From positions 1 through 33,226 of the IMG/VR virus record IMGVR_UViG_3300043184_000210: a DNA stretch of 33,226 bases; one strand, 5' to 3'. The notes below the pieces were generated by a model. The model saw nothing but the letters and a program-made list of their open reading frames with translations. It did no database searches and had not been told where the DNA came from. The translations under genes were made by a program, and so were the position numbers. Source of the DNA: a virus. Its lineage: Duplodnaviria > Caudoviricetes. This document shows, in pieces, positions 1 to 8,882 of the stretch; position 1 is the stretch's first letter; the number at the start of each line of letters is the position of its first letter.

Positions 1-1125
1 TCACGGCCCCGACCTCGCCTTGTCCGACGGCCCGCGCGGGTGATTCGTGGTGTTGCCCTTGTTCAGCCAGTTGCGGCGCACGGGCTTGCTGCGCAGCGGC
101 CGGCGGTCATAGGCCTCTGGCGGACGCAGCACAAGCTCGGTCACGTCACCCTCGCGCAGGTCGCACGTCTGGCGCACGCTGGCAATCAGCCACTCGTCTC
201 CGTCCAGGCCTGCAATGTCATCGAACACCCGCACTCGGTGATTCAGCGGCCACGCCTCACCTGCGAAGGTCCAGCCTTCCACGACGTAGCGCAGGCCCAG
301 GCTATGGCCGCGCCGCACGCGCATGGTGTGTTCGGCCAGGCTCTGCAGCTCGGCCGCAGTGACGTTCCCGTCCGCGTTGACGATCAAGGGCAGATAACGC
401 CGCACCCCAGGATCCAATGCCCGCGCCTTCAGCCCCCGCGCGGTCTCGAAGTCGGCTGCGGTGTTGCTTTGGCCATAAACGATGTACTCGCTGTGGCGTT
501 CTTCGTCAGAGCCGATGCCCGACATCTCGATCACGTTCCAGCCGCGCCGCACCTCGCCATGAAAAGCGCGCAGGCCTGCGGTCGTGAGTAGCAAACGCCC
601 GGCGTCGTCCCGCGTCACGAGCACGCCCCGAAGGCGCGCTGCGCGGGCCAGCGCATCCAGCACGCTCTCGCCGTGCCAAAGCTTGAAGTCGTTTAGCGGC
701 GCACCCAGGTCGGCCTCGACCATCACGTCCACGCCGAAAGGTGCCAGAAGGTCCCGAGCGATGCGGTCGAGCCGCGCCTTTCGCCACTGGCCGCCGCGAT
801 GCATCGCACTGCTTCGCACCAGGTCGCCCGTGCGATCACGGCCGGTGACGCGCAGGCCGCAGTCGCCGCGCTTGTAGAAGGGTTCGGCCGCCAGTACGTA
901 GCCGTTGATGACCTGGGTCTTGCCGATAAGCACCTGCACCCTGTCCCCGCGCGCGATCGACGGCGGCGAGCCTGCCACCATCGACACCGGCACGCTGAAC
1001 GTGCCCGCAATGGCCTCCATGCTGCGCACCACCTCGCTCTGGATCCAGCCCGTGTGCTCGACGCCGTTCACTCGCACGACGATTCGTGCCGTGTCGCGCT
1101 GGAAACGCTCCGAAGCCGCGATCAC
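1..1125 (-). CDS. Baseplate hub / tail protein, Mu gp44 (gpP)-like, 374 aa
   Basis: C-terminal part of ORF 1..1788. GTG at 1125 overlaps the upstream TGA (GTGA). Motifs GWIQSEVVRSMEAIAGTF, VTGRDRTGDLVRSS, GESVLDALARAAR; size fits Mu gp44. Confidence 0.88.
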   Translation of the reverse strand: MIAASERFQRDTARIVVRVNGVEHTGWIQSEVVRSMEAIAGTFSVPVSMVAGSPPSIARGDRVQVLIGKTQVINGYVLAAEPFYKRGDCGLRVTGRDRTGDLVRSSAMHRGGQWRKARLDRIARDLLAPFGVDVMVEADLGAPLNDFKLWHGESVLDALARAARLRGVLVTRDDAGRLLLTTAGLRAFHGEVRRGWNVIEMSGIGSDEERHSEYIVYGQSNTAADFETARGLKARALDPGVRRYLPLIVNADGNVTAAELQSLAEHTMRVRRGHSLGLRYVVEGWTFAGEAWPLNHRVRVFDDIAGLDGDEWLIASVRQTCDLREGDVTELVLRPPEAYDRRPLRSKPVRRNWLNKGNTTNHPRGPSDKARSGP

Positions 1126-1391
1126 ACCAAACCTGCCTTGGTGGCGACGGCGACTGCCTCGTAGAGCGTAGCGGCACCCAAGCCCTCTTTGAGCGACATC
1201 ATGTGGCTCTGCACCGTGGCGGGCGACATGTCCAGCACCGTGGCGATCTCCCGTTGCGTCATCCCCTTCGCAACCAGCACGATGCACTCGCGCTGGCGCC
1301 GAGTCAGAGCAGCGCAGGCGTCCTGCGCTTCTCGCTGAGCCTCGCGCCAAGCCAGGAACGCGGCGCGGTCGACTGGGGTCAGGTCGTTCAT
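1122..1391 (-). CDS. Stand-alone LuxR/GerE-type HTH protein, 89 aa
   Basis: LTRRQRECIVLVAKGMTQREIATVLDMSPATVQSHM matches the LuxR C-terminal HTH; no sensor or receiver domain. Confidence 0.85.
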   Translation of the reverse strand: MNDLTPVDRAAFLAWREAQREAQDACAALTRRQRECIVLVAKGMTQREIATVLDMSPATVQSHMMSLKEGLGAATLYEAVAVATKAGLV

Positions 1392-1403
1392 CGGGTAAGG
1401 GCC

Positions 1404-2762
1404 TCAGTGCCTCACGATCCGCAGCGGGCGCCCGGGCGGCACCAGCAACGGGTGTTCGATATGCGGGTTCATGGCCAGGAGCTCGTCGGCGTATCGGGCC
1501 GTGCCGTACAGCCGATGGCTGAGCACCCAGACCGGAATCCAGCCTTCGGGCGTGTACGTGTCCAAGCGCACGCTGTCGGTGCCGCGCGCCTGAAGATCGG
1601 CCATGGCCGCGCCGTAGAGCGCCGACAAGGCGTCGTGCCAGGCCGAGGCCGGCATTTCCGCCGGCGTCGATCGCACGCTCCCGGACTGCATCAGGCGGGT
1701 GAGTTGGGCGTGGACCGCCGACCGCACTGCAAGTGCCTCGTCTCGGCTGGCCAGCTCGGCCGCTGCTGCCGCCTCGACGTAGGCGCATACGGCAAGCGCC
1801 TCGATCAGATCATCGCCAGCGTCTTCGAGCGTCGCGAAATCGACCTGGGCAGGCGTCGGCGGCGGAGCAGCAGCAGCCAAGCCAGTGCCGTATAGCACCA
1901 GGCCGGCTCCGACAGGTGGCATCACGCGCACCTCGAAGGGCTTTCGAGGCAGCTTCGACTTGATATCGAAGCCCCACGCAAAGGCGGCGCGAAGGTCGCG
2001 GCCGGCGCCGGCGCTCAGGTCGCTGGGCAGCCGATACAGGTTCGCGATCGCGTCGGCGAGCTGACGCGGTGCAGACACCAGGGCATCCAGTCCGTTCACC
2101 AGCGCCCGGTACGACGCGTTCACCTCGACCTGCCATTCGTTCGCCACCGTGGTCACGCGCTGGATCGGGCCGATCACGCCGGCGAGTGCCCCGCGCAGCC
2201 TCGACATCGCCCCTTCCACAACCCAGCCCGGTTTGCGCTCGGGCTTGAAGCTCGACACGAATGCATCCCTTGCGGCCTGCTTGCCGGCCACGGCCGCCGC
2301 GGTGGCCGCCACCTGACTCGACACCACCGGTGCTGCCTCGCGCCGCGCATCGGCACGGACGAAGTGCAAGTCGAAGCGTGCCATGCCGCCTTCGGCCGTG
2401 GGGTTCTCGCGGATGGTGAACTTGCCCGCCACGTACACGCGCAGCACGCCGGCCGTGGGGTGCATCAGCAGCCCCGGGCCGCTCAATGCGGAGGCGAGGG
2501 CTTCGCGCTGCAGGTGATAGTCCGCCCCGATCACGTAGGCGCTGAACTTCAGCTCCTGCATCGCTGCGCCCATGCGGAAAACGGTCGGGAGGTCCTGGAA
2601 CGGGTACTCGCGCACCACCAGGTTGTCGCCGCGCACCCACTCGATCGAGTCCACCTGGAACGGCACGCCGCGAAAGCTCGCTGGCCGCAGCTGTTCCAGC
2701 CAAGTCGGCAGGTCGCCGGCCACGAGCTGGCTCTCGGCAATGGCGTCGAACTGCTGGGCCAT
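1404..2762 (-). CDS. DNA circularization protein, Mu gpN (gp43)-like, 452 aa
   Basis: N-terminal WLEQLRPASFRGVPFQV...VVREYP and LLMHPTAG; C-terminal HRLYGTARYADELLAMNPHIEHPLLVPPG. Confidence 0.92.
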   Translation of the reverse strand: MAQQFDAIAESQLVAGDLPTWLEQLRPASFRGVPFQVDSIEWVRGDNLVVREYPFQDLPTVFRMGAAMQELKFSAYVIGADYHLQREALASALSGPGLLMHPTAGVLRVYVAGKFTIRENPTAEGGMARFDLHFVRADARREAAPVVSSQVAATAAAVAGKQAARDAFVSSFKPERKPGWVVEGAMSRLRGALAGVIGPIQRVTTVANEWQVEVNASYRALVNGLDALVSAPRQLADAIANLYRLPSDLSAGAGRDLRAAFAWGFDIKSKLPRKPFEVRVMPPVGAGLVLYGTGLAAAAPPPTPAQVDFATLEDAGDDLIEALAVCAYVEAAAAAELASRDEALAVRSAVHAQLTRLMQSGSVRSTPAEMPASAWHDALSALYGAAMADLQARGTDSVRLDTYTPEGWIPVWVLSHRLYGTARYADELLAMNPHIEHPLLVPPGRPLRIVRH

Positions 2763-2764
2763 GG

Positions 2765-4813
2765 TCAGGGTGCCACGTAGCTGCCGGGGTTGGTGTCGCC
2801 CACGTTCAGCGCGATCGCCTGGCTGCCCACCGCCGCAGCCGACCAGGTGACACGCTGATCGTCAACGCGGACGTTCAGGTCGATCGTGCCCTTGCCCAGC
2901 TCCAGCCGTTGCGCGCCGTTGGACATTGCACTCTCGGCGCCACCGATGCGGTGCGTCGGGTCCTCCGACCAGATCGCGTCGAGCGCTGACTTGCCGAGAT
3001 AGGAGGCCCCGAAGCCACCCAGCACGCCACCCACCAGCATGCCGATCGGGCCAAGCAAGCTACCTACCGCCGCTCCCGCCGCGACACCGCCAAGAGTCGA
3101 AGCCGCCCCGACGCTTGCGCGCACGTAGCCTCTGTGCCTGCCCTCGGCCGTCAGCGTCGGGTCGGTCGCCGTGTTGTAGACATCGAACGCACCCCCGATG
3201 CCAGCCGCGGCAAGCGGACCACCGAGCTTGGCCAGCAGCGGCCCAGCGCCCATGAGGCGCGCGCCCAGCCCACCTGCCGCACCGGCAGCACCCGCTGCAC
3301 CCGCCGCTCCTGCTGCGGCCCCAGCAGCCCGACCGCCCAGCACGCTGATCAACCCGCTACCGGCCATTGCTGCGGCCCAGGCCCCCACCGCGAAAGTCGC
3401 CGCAGCGACCACGCTGCTCAGCACCGGGAACTCGCGTGCCAGCATCGTGGCCTCGTCGGCGGCGCCCTTTAGCGCAGGAGCGGCTGTATCGAACGCCCGC
3501 TGCGCCGCCTCGGCGGACTCGTTCAGGAACTGCTGCCGAGCGAATGTGCTCTCCTTCGAGATCACCTCGAAGCTGGTGTCGCCTTCGTTCAATCGTCGCC
3601 GAGTCGCATCAGACCCGCGTTGAACGATCTCAGGGTTGTACATCTCAGCCAACATGCCCGTCAGCGCCTGCTTATCCTGGAGCGTGAAACCAATCGCCTT
3701 GCCCAGCAAGATGTCGCCCATCGATGCCAAGAGCTCGTTCTTTTCTCCTCTGCTACCGGCGTTGGCGAGTTGGGCTTTTATCTTGACGTACTCTGGGTCT
3801 TTGGAGGCGATCTGTTCCACTATCTGCTTGAACGCTTGGATGGCATCCACGCCTTGGCTTTTCTGCTTCACCAGGTAGTCGGGAAGATCGATCCCGAACT
3901 TGGCCACGTCACGAGCGGTCTCGGCGCTGTTGATCTTTCCGAGAAGGTTGTCAAGGTTGCGTGCGGCATCCTCTGGCGACCCAGCAGTGACGCGCTGAGC
4001 CTGCAGGCTCGACAGCAGTCGGCGAGCGCCTTCCAATCCCCGAAACCCAGCGACTCTTGCCGTCGCCATGATCTGCGGAAGCGATTTCTGCATGTCTCGA
4101 AGCTCGAAGCCGCCTTCCTGGCCCGACACCAAGGCCATGTTCAGCAGCTCAGGGATCTCGTTTGCGGAAATGCCAAACGTCTGCATCCCTGTGAGCCCGA
4201 TGTTGGCGAGCGATTCAGAGGTGGCGCCGCTCGCTGTGCTGTACTTGGTCAGCGTCGGCAGCAATCGCATTGCCTCGTCGATCGGCATGGCTCCACTGCC
4301 GATGAGGGAGCCGAGAGCTGTAGCCGCCTCGTCGCGAGTCCCGCCTCCGGTTCGGACGGCCGCGCCAATGGCAGCGTTCAGGGTCTGCTTGCCTGCGATG
4401 CGGCCGGCAGCGTCGCGGTCGGCGTAGGCGGTGTTGGCCATGTGCGCCAGGCGCAGGCTGTACTCCATCGGCGCGCGCAGCATGCGGTCGGCCGCATAGC
4501 CGCCTGCGGCCACGCCGGCGCCGATGTTGGCGGTGGTCTGCATGGCCCTGCCCGCACCCTCGGCGGCCTTGCGCACGTCCTGGTAGCGCTGGGCCAGTAC
4601 CACCAGGCGGTCGGCGTGGTCGCGGGCGGCGCGGCTGCCCACCGAGAGCGCGCGGACAATCACGCGCTCCATCATGCTGGCTTCGGCGCCGGTCCTGGCC
4701 AGCGCATCGCGCACGCGCTTCTGGGCTTCCACCAGCGCCTGCTCGTCGCGCCGGGTCTGCGACGCAATGTCGCTGACCAGGTTGATGATGTACCGCAGCC
4801 GCAGCTCGCGCAT
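2765..4813 (-). CDS. Tail tape measure protein, 682 aa
   Basis: Ala-rich helical protein with GGFELRDMQKSLP and AARNLDNLLGKINS motifs and a Gly-rich C-terminus; lies between the chaperone and DNA circularization genes. Confidence 0.88.
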   Translation of the reverse strand: MRELRLRYIINLVSDIASQTRRDEQALVEAQKRVRDALARTGAEASMMERVIVRALSVGSRAARDHADRLVVLAQRYQDVRKAAEGAGRAMQTTANIGAGVAAGGYAADRMLRAPMEYSLRLAHMANTAYADRDAAGRIAGKQTLNAAIGAAVRTGGGTRDEAATALGSLIGSGAMPIDEAMRLLPTLTKYSTASGATSESLANIGLTGMQTFGISANEIPELLNMALVSGQEGGFELRDMQKSLPQIMATARVAGFRGLEGARRLLSSLQAQRVTAGSPEDAARNLDNLLGKINSAETARDVAKFGIDLPDYLVKQKSQGVDAIQAFKQIVEQIASKDPEYVKIKAQLANAGSRGEKNELLASMGDILLGKAIGFTLQDKQALTGMLAEMYNPEIVQRGSDATRRRLNEGDTSFEVISKESTFARQQFLNESAEAAQRAFDTAAPALKGAADEATMLAREFPVLSSVVAAATFAVGAWAAAMAGSGLISVLGGRAAGAAAGAAGAAGAAGAAGGLGARLMGAGPLLAKLGGPLAAAGIGGAFDVYNTATDPTLTAEGRHRGYVRASVGAASTLGGVAAGAAVGSLLGPIGMLVGGVLGGFGASYLGKSALDAIWSEDPTHRIGGAESAMSNGAQRLELGKGTIDLNVRVDDQRVTWSAAAVGSQAIALNVGDTNPGSYVAP

Positions 4814-4825
4814 GGTGTCTTTCGG

Positions 4826-4978
4826 TCAGCTCGGGTTGCGCTTACTGCTGATCAGCCGCCCCAACTCGAGCGCCATCGCAGGCAGCCGGGCCTTGGGAAG
4901 GCTTTCCAGCGTAGTCGGCGAGCAGTGCAGGGCCAGGCAGAGACTCAGGATCAGCCGATCCCACTGCCTCAACCTGGC
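4826..4978 (-). CDS. Putative frameshift (T) segment of tail assembly chaperone GT
   Basis: Alternative frame RLRQWDRLILSLCLALHCSPTTLESLP begins at CCC-GGGGG-C and ends just before the tape measure gene; +1/-2 relative to the chaperone frame. Confidence 0.55.
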   Translation of the reverse strand, partial: ARLRQWDRLILSLCLALHCSPTTLESLPKARLPAMALELGRLISSKRNPS

Positions 4979-5417
4979 CCCCGGGCTGTGGGGCGCTGGG
5001 CGGCTGCGCCTTGCCGCTGACCAGCGCATCGAACTCGGCCTGCGTGACAGCGCCGTAGCGCACCTGCGCCGCCATTTCGATCAGGAAGACACGCTGCTCG
5101 ATCAAGCCCAGGTCGTGATTGCTCAGCCGGCCGAAGAGGTCCAGGTCGATGCTCGGCCCTTCGAGCTTCAGGCCATCGCACTCCAGGCGCTCGATGTGCA
5201 GCATCGTCAGCGCGTAACGGAAGTCCGCCTCGCTCGACAGCAGCTTGGGCACGCCGGCCACGTTCACCACCCGCTCGGACATGCGCACCGCGGCACGCTC
5301 GTCGCCAACGCTGGTCTCGCGCAAGTGCACCTGGCGGTAGCGCAGCGTCTTGCCTTCGCTTTTCACGGCAATTCCGTCGACGAGCGTCAGGCGGAAGAGA
5401 TCGTCGATGTCCTTCAT
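4842..5417 (-). CDS. Tail assembly chaperone, Mu gp41-like, 191 aa
   Basis: ATG 5417 overlaps the upstream TGA. LTLVDGI...VHLRETSVGDERAA...LSNHDLGLI resembles the FluMu gp41 family; directly upstream of the tape measure gene. Confidence 0.78.
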   Translation of the reverse strand: MKDIDDLFRLTLVDGIAVKSEGKTLRYRQVHLRETSVGDERAAVRMSERVVNVAGVPKLLSSEADFRYALTMLHIERLECDGLKLEGPSIDLDLFGRLSNHDLGLIEQRVFLIEMAAQVRYGAVTQAEFDALVSGKAQPPSAPQPGGQVEAVGSADPESLPGPALLADYAGKPSQGPAACDGARVGAADQQ

Positions 5418-5875
5418 GCCCAGGGCTCCAGTCGCGGCAGCACCTGCAGCACCGCGTCGACGCTCGGCGGCAGGTTCTCGTCGTTGATCACTGCCAAGGC
5501 TGCCGCCCAGACGCGAGAGCGGTATGCCCGCAGGTGCAAGCCATCGGCCTGGAAGGCAGGAACGGCCGGCTCGTCGGCGTAGCTCACGGCGCTCTGCATG
5601 CTGCTGTAGCCATGCTCGCGCGCTACCGCGTCGAGGAACTGCTGCACCCGCCTCTTGACCGCATCGCGCAGCGCCTCGATGCCTGGAGCCGGTGGCTCGA
5701 TGGCCACTGGCGCGCCGTCTGGCCCAGCCTCGATGCGTTTGCCTGCGGACTGCGCAGCCAGCAGCTCGCCGTGCAGCTCGGCCGAGATGAGGTGCGCGTT
5801 CAGGGGCGGCTCCCCATGGACGGCCTCGCAACAAAACGCCTTGGTGTTCGCATCGAACCAGATTCGCATGGTCAT
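5414..5875 (-). CDS. Tail fibre assembly chaperone-like protein, 153 aa
   Basis: ISAELHGELLAAQSAGKRIEAGPDGAPV and LDAVAREHGYSSMQSAVSYADEPAVPAFQADG..R..VW; follows the fibre gene. Confidence 0.8.
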   Translation of the reverse strand: MTMRIWFDANTKAFCCEAVHGEPPLNAHLISAELHGELLAAQSAGKRIEAGPDGAPVAIEPPAPGIEALRDAVKRRVQQFLDAVAREHGYSSMQSAVSYADEPAVPAFQADGLHLRAYRSRVWAAALAVINDENLPPSVDAVLQVLPRLEPWA

Positions 5876-5891
5876 CGTCCTTGGGCAGCTC

Positions 5892-6455
5892 TCAGCGCCC
5901 GAGCGTCAGATAGTTGAAGCCGTGCACCACCGGGTCGCCGTTGCCCGGCCACTGGGTACTGACGGTGAAGCCCGTTGTGCTCTTGCTCACCAGCGAGAGG
6001 TGCGTGTCGGCCACGCCGTCCAGCCCCGCGTTCAGGATCTGCGTCAGCACCCCGAAGCACGCGTTCGGGTACGCCAACGGGAAGGTCAGCGACACCTGCG
6101 CTTCCGTCACCGTCGTCGCAACGATGTCCGGCGTGTACGTACCCCATTGCAAGATCAGGCCACCCGGCAGCTTTTGCCAGCCGTTGGCGGCCAAGCTCTG
6201 GTTCGCCCCCGTGAAGGCCGAAAGCGGCGTGCCCAGAGCCTGGATCGCCAGGCTCACGCGGTTGTACGTGTTCGGGTCGGCCGGGTTGAAGTTGGCAGCG
6301 CTCACGCCCGCGTCCGCCAGCACGCGCATCAGGCTCCAGATCAGCTGGTTGATGTCCTGGGCCGTGAGGACGGTGGTCAGCGGCGCGCTGTCCGTATGCA
6401 GCGCGTTGCCGGTGCCGGGGTGGATGGCGCGATCGGGCGACTGGGTGAAGTTCAT
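5892..6455 (-). CDS. Short tail fibre protein with gp53-like C-terminal domain, 187 aa
   Basis: ATG 6455 (MNFTQSPD); NGWQKLPGGLILQWG and TFPLAYPNACF are typical fibre-tip motifs. Confidence 0.82.
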   Translation of the reverse strand: MNFTQSPDRAIHPGTGNALHTDSAPLTTVLTAQDINQLIWSLMRVLADAGVSAANFNPADPNTYNRVSLAIQALGTPLSAFTGANQSLAANGWQKLPGGLILQWGTYTPDIVATTVTEAQVSLTFPLAYPNACFGVLTQILNAGLDGVADTHLSLVSKSTTGFTVSTQWPGNGDPVVHGFNYLTLGR

Positions 6456-6508
6456 GAACGGCTCTCTCGTAGAGTGCTGGTGGCGTGCAGAGCGTGGCCC
6501 GACGTGTG

Positions 6509-7168
6509 CTACACGGCTACGGTCCCGGCGGGCCAGGCGTCTGCACGCGCGATCGATGGGGGTGCCGGCGGCGGCACGATCTGGCCCGAGTCGGCGATCA
6601 CCATGTCGTCGAAGCCGAAAACATCGTTGTTCAAGCCCGAGGTGTTGCTGAAGCTGATGCGGGTGTAGGTCTTGGCCGAATCGACGAAGCCCCAGAAGAG
6701 CAGCGCCGCGTTCGGACTGGGCTGCGTGTGCGCCACGGGCAAAACTGTGTCCGCCCCTTGCGTGTCGCGCAGCGTGACGATCAGCCGGCCGTTGAAGTCG
6801 CCGACGTCGGTGCCGTAGAAGCCGAAGGCGGCGATCGGCTGCGCGAAGTCGATGGAGAACAACCCGCCAGCCCCATTGCTGCGCCACCACGCCTCGATCC
6901 CGCCATCCGGCGGGGATGTGTTGAAGCGGCCCGCGATGTTCGATGCCTCGATCTTGCCATCGCCCTGAATCGTGGCCAAGATGTCGCCTGAGGAGCCGGT
7001 GAACAAGATGTCCAGGGGGGCCGCGTCGCCGACCACGTACCCGGAGAACGGCTCCGAGTAGATGCTGCCCTGAAGCGCAGCGAGGAACGCGGCGCGCGCC
7101 GCCACTGGCGCCCCCGTCACCTGGAAAAGGGCGTTCGTGTTCTCAGCAAAGTACACGGTCAGCGTCAT
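6509..7168 (-). CDS. Protein resembling the extracellular domain of PEP-CTERM proteins, lacking signal peptide and sorting tail, 219 aa
   Basis: ATG 7168 in ATGA overlap with the gp48 stop. Motifs ARAAFLAAL, GRFNTS, IAAFGFYGTDVGDF, LLFWGFVD, DVFGFDDMVIAD; ends QIVPPPAPP with no TM helix. Confidence 0.68.
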   Translation of the reverse strand: MTLTVYFAENTNALFQVTGAPVAARAAFLAALQGSIYSEPFSGYVVGDAAPLDILFTGSSGDILATIQGDGKIEASNIAGRFNTSPPDGGIEAWWRSNGAGGLFSIDFAQPIAAFGFYGTDVGDFNGRLIVTLRDTQGADTVLPVAHTQPSPNAALLFWGFVDSAKTYTRISFSNTSGLNNDVFGFDDMVIADSGQIVPPPAPPSIARADAWPAGTVAV

Positions 7169-7758
7169 ACGACCACCACGTTGATCGAATAGCGCGCCGG
7201 CACCACGGCTTCGAGCGCACATGCAAGCTCGCCGACTGCCGGGTTGCGATCCACCAGCCGGGCGCCGATGCGCCGGCCGACGCGCAGGGGCGTGTTGGTG
7301 CCTGTGACCGTGATCCACAGTTTGCCGTCGTTGGCACCCAGCCTTCGGCCGACTCGATGCCGCCCCACGCGGAACGGCGTGTGATAGGCCACCGTCGCAG
7401 CAAAGCCCAGCGCCGCACAGTAGGCCGCGATGCTGCCCAGCGCCGCCGGGCTGGAGTCCGCGTAGACGCCCGCGTAGCCACGCAGCCTGGCCAGCAAGGA
7501 CGCGCGGCGCTCTTCGGTGCTCTGCATGGGTCCGAAGCACGCATCCGGCAGCCCGCAGGACAGCTCCCACTCGCCCAGCCGCGTTCGCGTGTGCTGTGGC
7601 AGCCACTCGACGGCGCTTTGCTGGATGTACGCGTGCAGCTCTTCGTGCGACGCGGCCAAGCCGGCCAGCAGCCGCATCCAGACGCTGCCGCTCTCGCGCG
7701 GCCATGCCCAGCCCATGGGCAGCAGCTCCGCGAGCGCCTGGTGGAAGCGCCCGTTCAT
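7165..7758 (-). CDS. Baseplate wedge protein, Mu gp48/YmfQ (DUF2313)-like, 197 aa
   Basis: LAELLPMGWAWPR, LGEWELSCGLPD, LACALEAVVPA; follows the baseplate J-like gene. Confidence 0.88.
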   Translation of the reverse strand: MNGRFHQALAELLPMGWAWPRESGSVWMRLLAGLAASHEELHAYIQQSAVEWLPQHTRTRLGEWELSCGLPDACFGPMQSTEERRASLLARLRGYAGVYADSSPAALGSIAAYCAALGFAATVAYHTPFRVGRHRVGRRLGANDGKLWITVTGTNTPLRVGRRIGARLVDRNPAVGELACALEAVVPARYSINVVVV

Positions 7759-8882
7759 GCGAAGGCCACCGAGCCGAGCGTCAGCAGGTGCGCGAAAGAC
7801 GGCACCGTGAAGAAGCCGCCGCTCACGATGGTCGGGCTCTGGATGGTGAAGTTGTACTCACCCACCACGCCGCTGATCTCCGCGTTCACGTGGCTCTGCG
7901 GCAGACTCTGCCCGGGCACGGCCTCGCGGAAGAACAGCGCGCCCAGCGCGGCCAGCACGCCGGCGCGGATGCTGGCGGTGTCCGGGCTCAGCAGCACCGT
8001 CAGGTTCACGGGCACGAGCGTCGGCACCAGCACGTGCAGCTCGTCGGGTGGGCCGCGCAGCGGATCGCGGATGTAGTCCTCGACGGCCTGGCGCTGAGCT
8101 GGCGAGGGCAGCGTCGAGGCCCCGGCCACGTCCGCCATGACGATGACGCCGGCCGTGCACGGACCGGCCGGGTTGCGCAGGCCCCAGGCTCGCGTGATGC
8201 CCGGCACCTCGAGCGCCCAGCGTGCGTAGTCCGCCGGTGCGCCGCCCATCGGCGGAAAGCTCAGGCGCTGCGTCAGCCGCGCCAGGGCCAGCTCGTCGCT
8301 CTCCAGGTCAGCGCCGCCTGCGAGGCCCGCCGTCGCCGTGAAGCCGCTGTCCACACCGGCCACGGGCGATACGAGCGTCAGAGCGGTCGCTGCCGCCAGG
8401 TTGCCGGCCGGACCCTCGACCAGCGCCGCGATTGCGGGCGCCACAGCACCGGCCGCGACCACCGCGTCGGCAGTGGTGCGGAACTGCGCGCCGGCCGCCG
8501 TCTGCATCAAGGTCCCGGCCGGCAGCAGACTGCCGTTGACGCCCGTGCCGTTCACGGTTCCGAGCGCCAGCGTGGCGGGCTTTCGCGCCATGCCGTAGGT
8601 GGCGAGCCAGCCGTCGAGGAACGCGCCCGAGCTGAACGCGGGCACGCCTTGCCGCGACACGAAGTCCCGCAGGTAGCGGTACGCGCCGTGCAAGCCCACG
8701 CCTTGCACAAAGGCCAGGGCGCGCACGTTGCTGCGTGCCAGGTCGAGATCGGTGCCGCTAAGCCCCTGAACGCCCGCCGCCTGCGTGGCCTGCGCGAGGC
8801 TCTGCTGCAGCAGCCGCGCCGCGTTCTGCGTGAGCTGCTCGATGCTCGGGATCGGCACCGTCAGTGGCGAGGTGGTGCTCAT
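7755..8882 (-). CDS. Baseplate J / Mu gp47 family protein, 375 aa
   Basis: ATG 8882 overlaps the gp46 stop; GGADLESDELALARL, PPMGGAPADYARWALEVPGITRAW. Confidence 0.92.
   Translation of the reverse strand: MSTTSPLTVPIPSIEQLTQNAARLLQQSLAQATQAAGVQGLSGTDLDLARSNVRALAFVQGVGLHGAYRYLRDFVSRQGVPAFSSGAFLDGWLATYGMARKPATLALGTVNGTGVNGSLLPAGTLMQTAAGAQFRTTADAVVAAGAVAPAIAALVEGPAGNLAAATALTLVSPVAGVDSGFTATAGLAGGADLESDELALARLTQRLSFPPMGGAPADYARWALEVPGITRAWGLRNPAGPCTAGVIVMADVAGASTLPSPAQRQAVEDYIRDPLRGPPDELHVLVPTLVPVNLTVLLSPDTASIRAGVLAALGALFFREAVPGQSLPQSHVNAEISGVVGEYNFTIQSPTIVSGGFFTVPSFAHLLTLGSVAFA

Noticed and set aside
1126-1788. N-terminal extension of the 595-aa ORF (and similar extensions of ORFs ending at 5834, 6890, 7705, 14988, 22764, 24316 and 25842)
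   Set aside because: They overlap better-supported genes in other frames; true starts are marked by stop/start overlaps or RBSs.
3270-3340. GCA/GCC-rich repeats in the tape measure gene
   Set aside because: They encode a Gly/Ala low-complexity linker and are not an independent repeat element.
5414-7168. Invertible fibre cassette (Gin-type) or diversity-generating retroelement
   Set aside because: No invertase, reverse transcriptase, inverted second fibre or template/variable repeat pair is visible.
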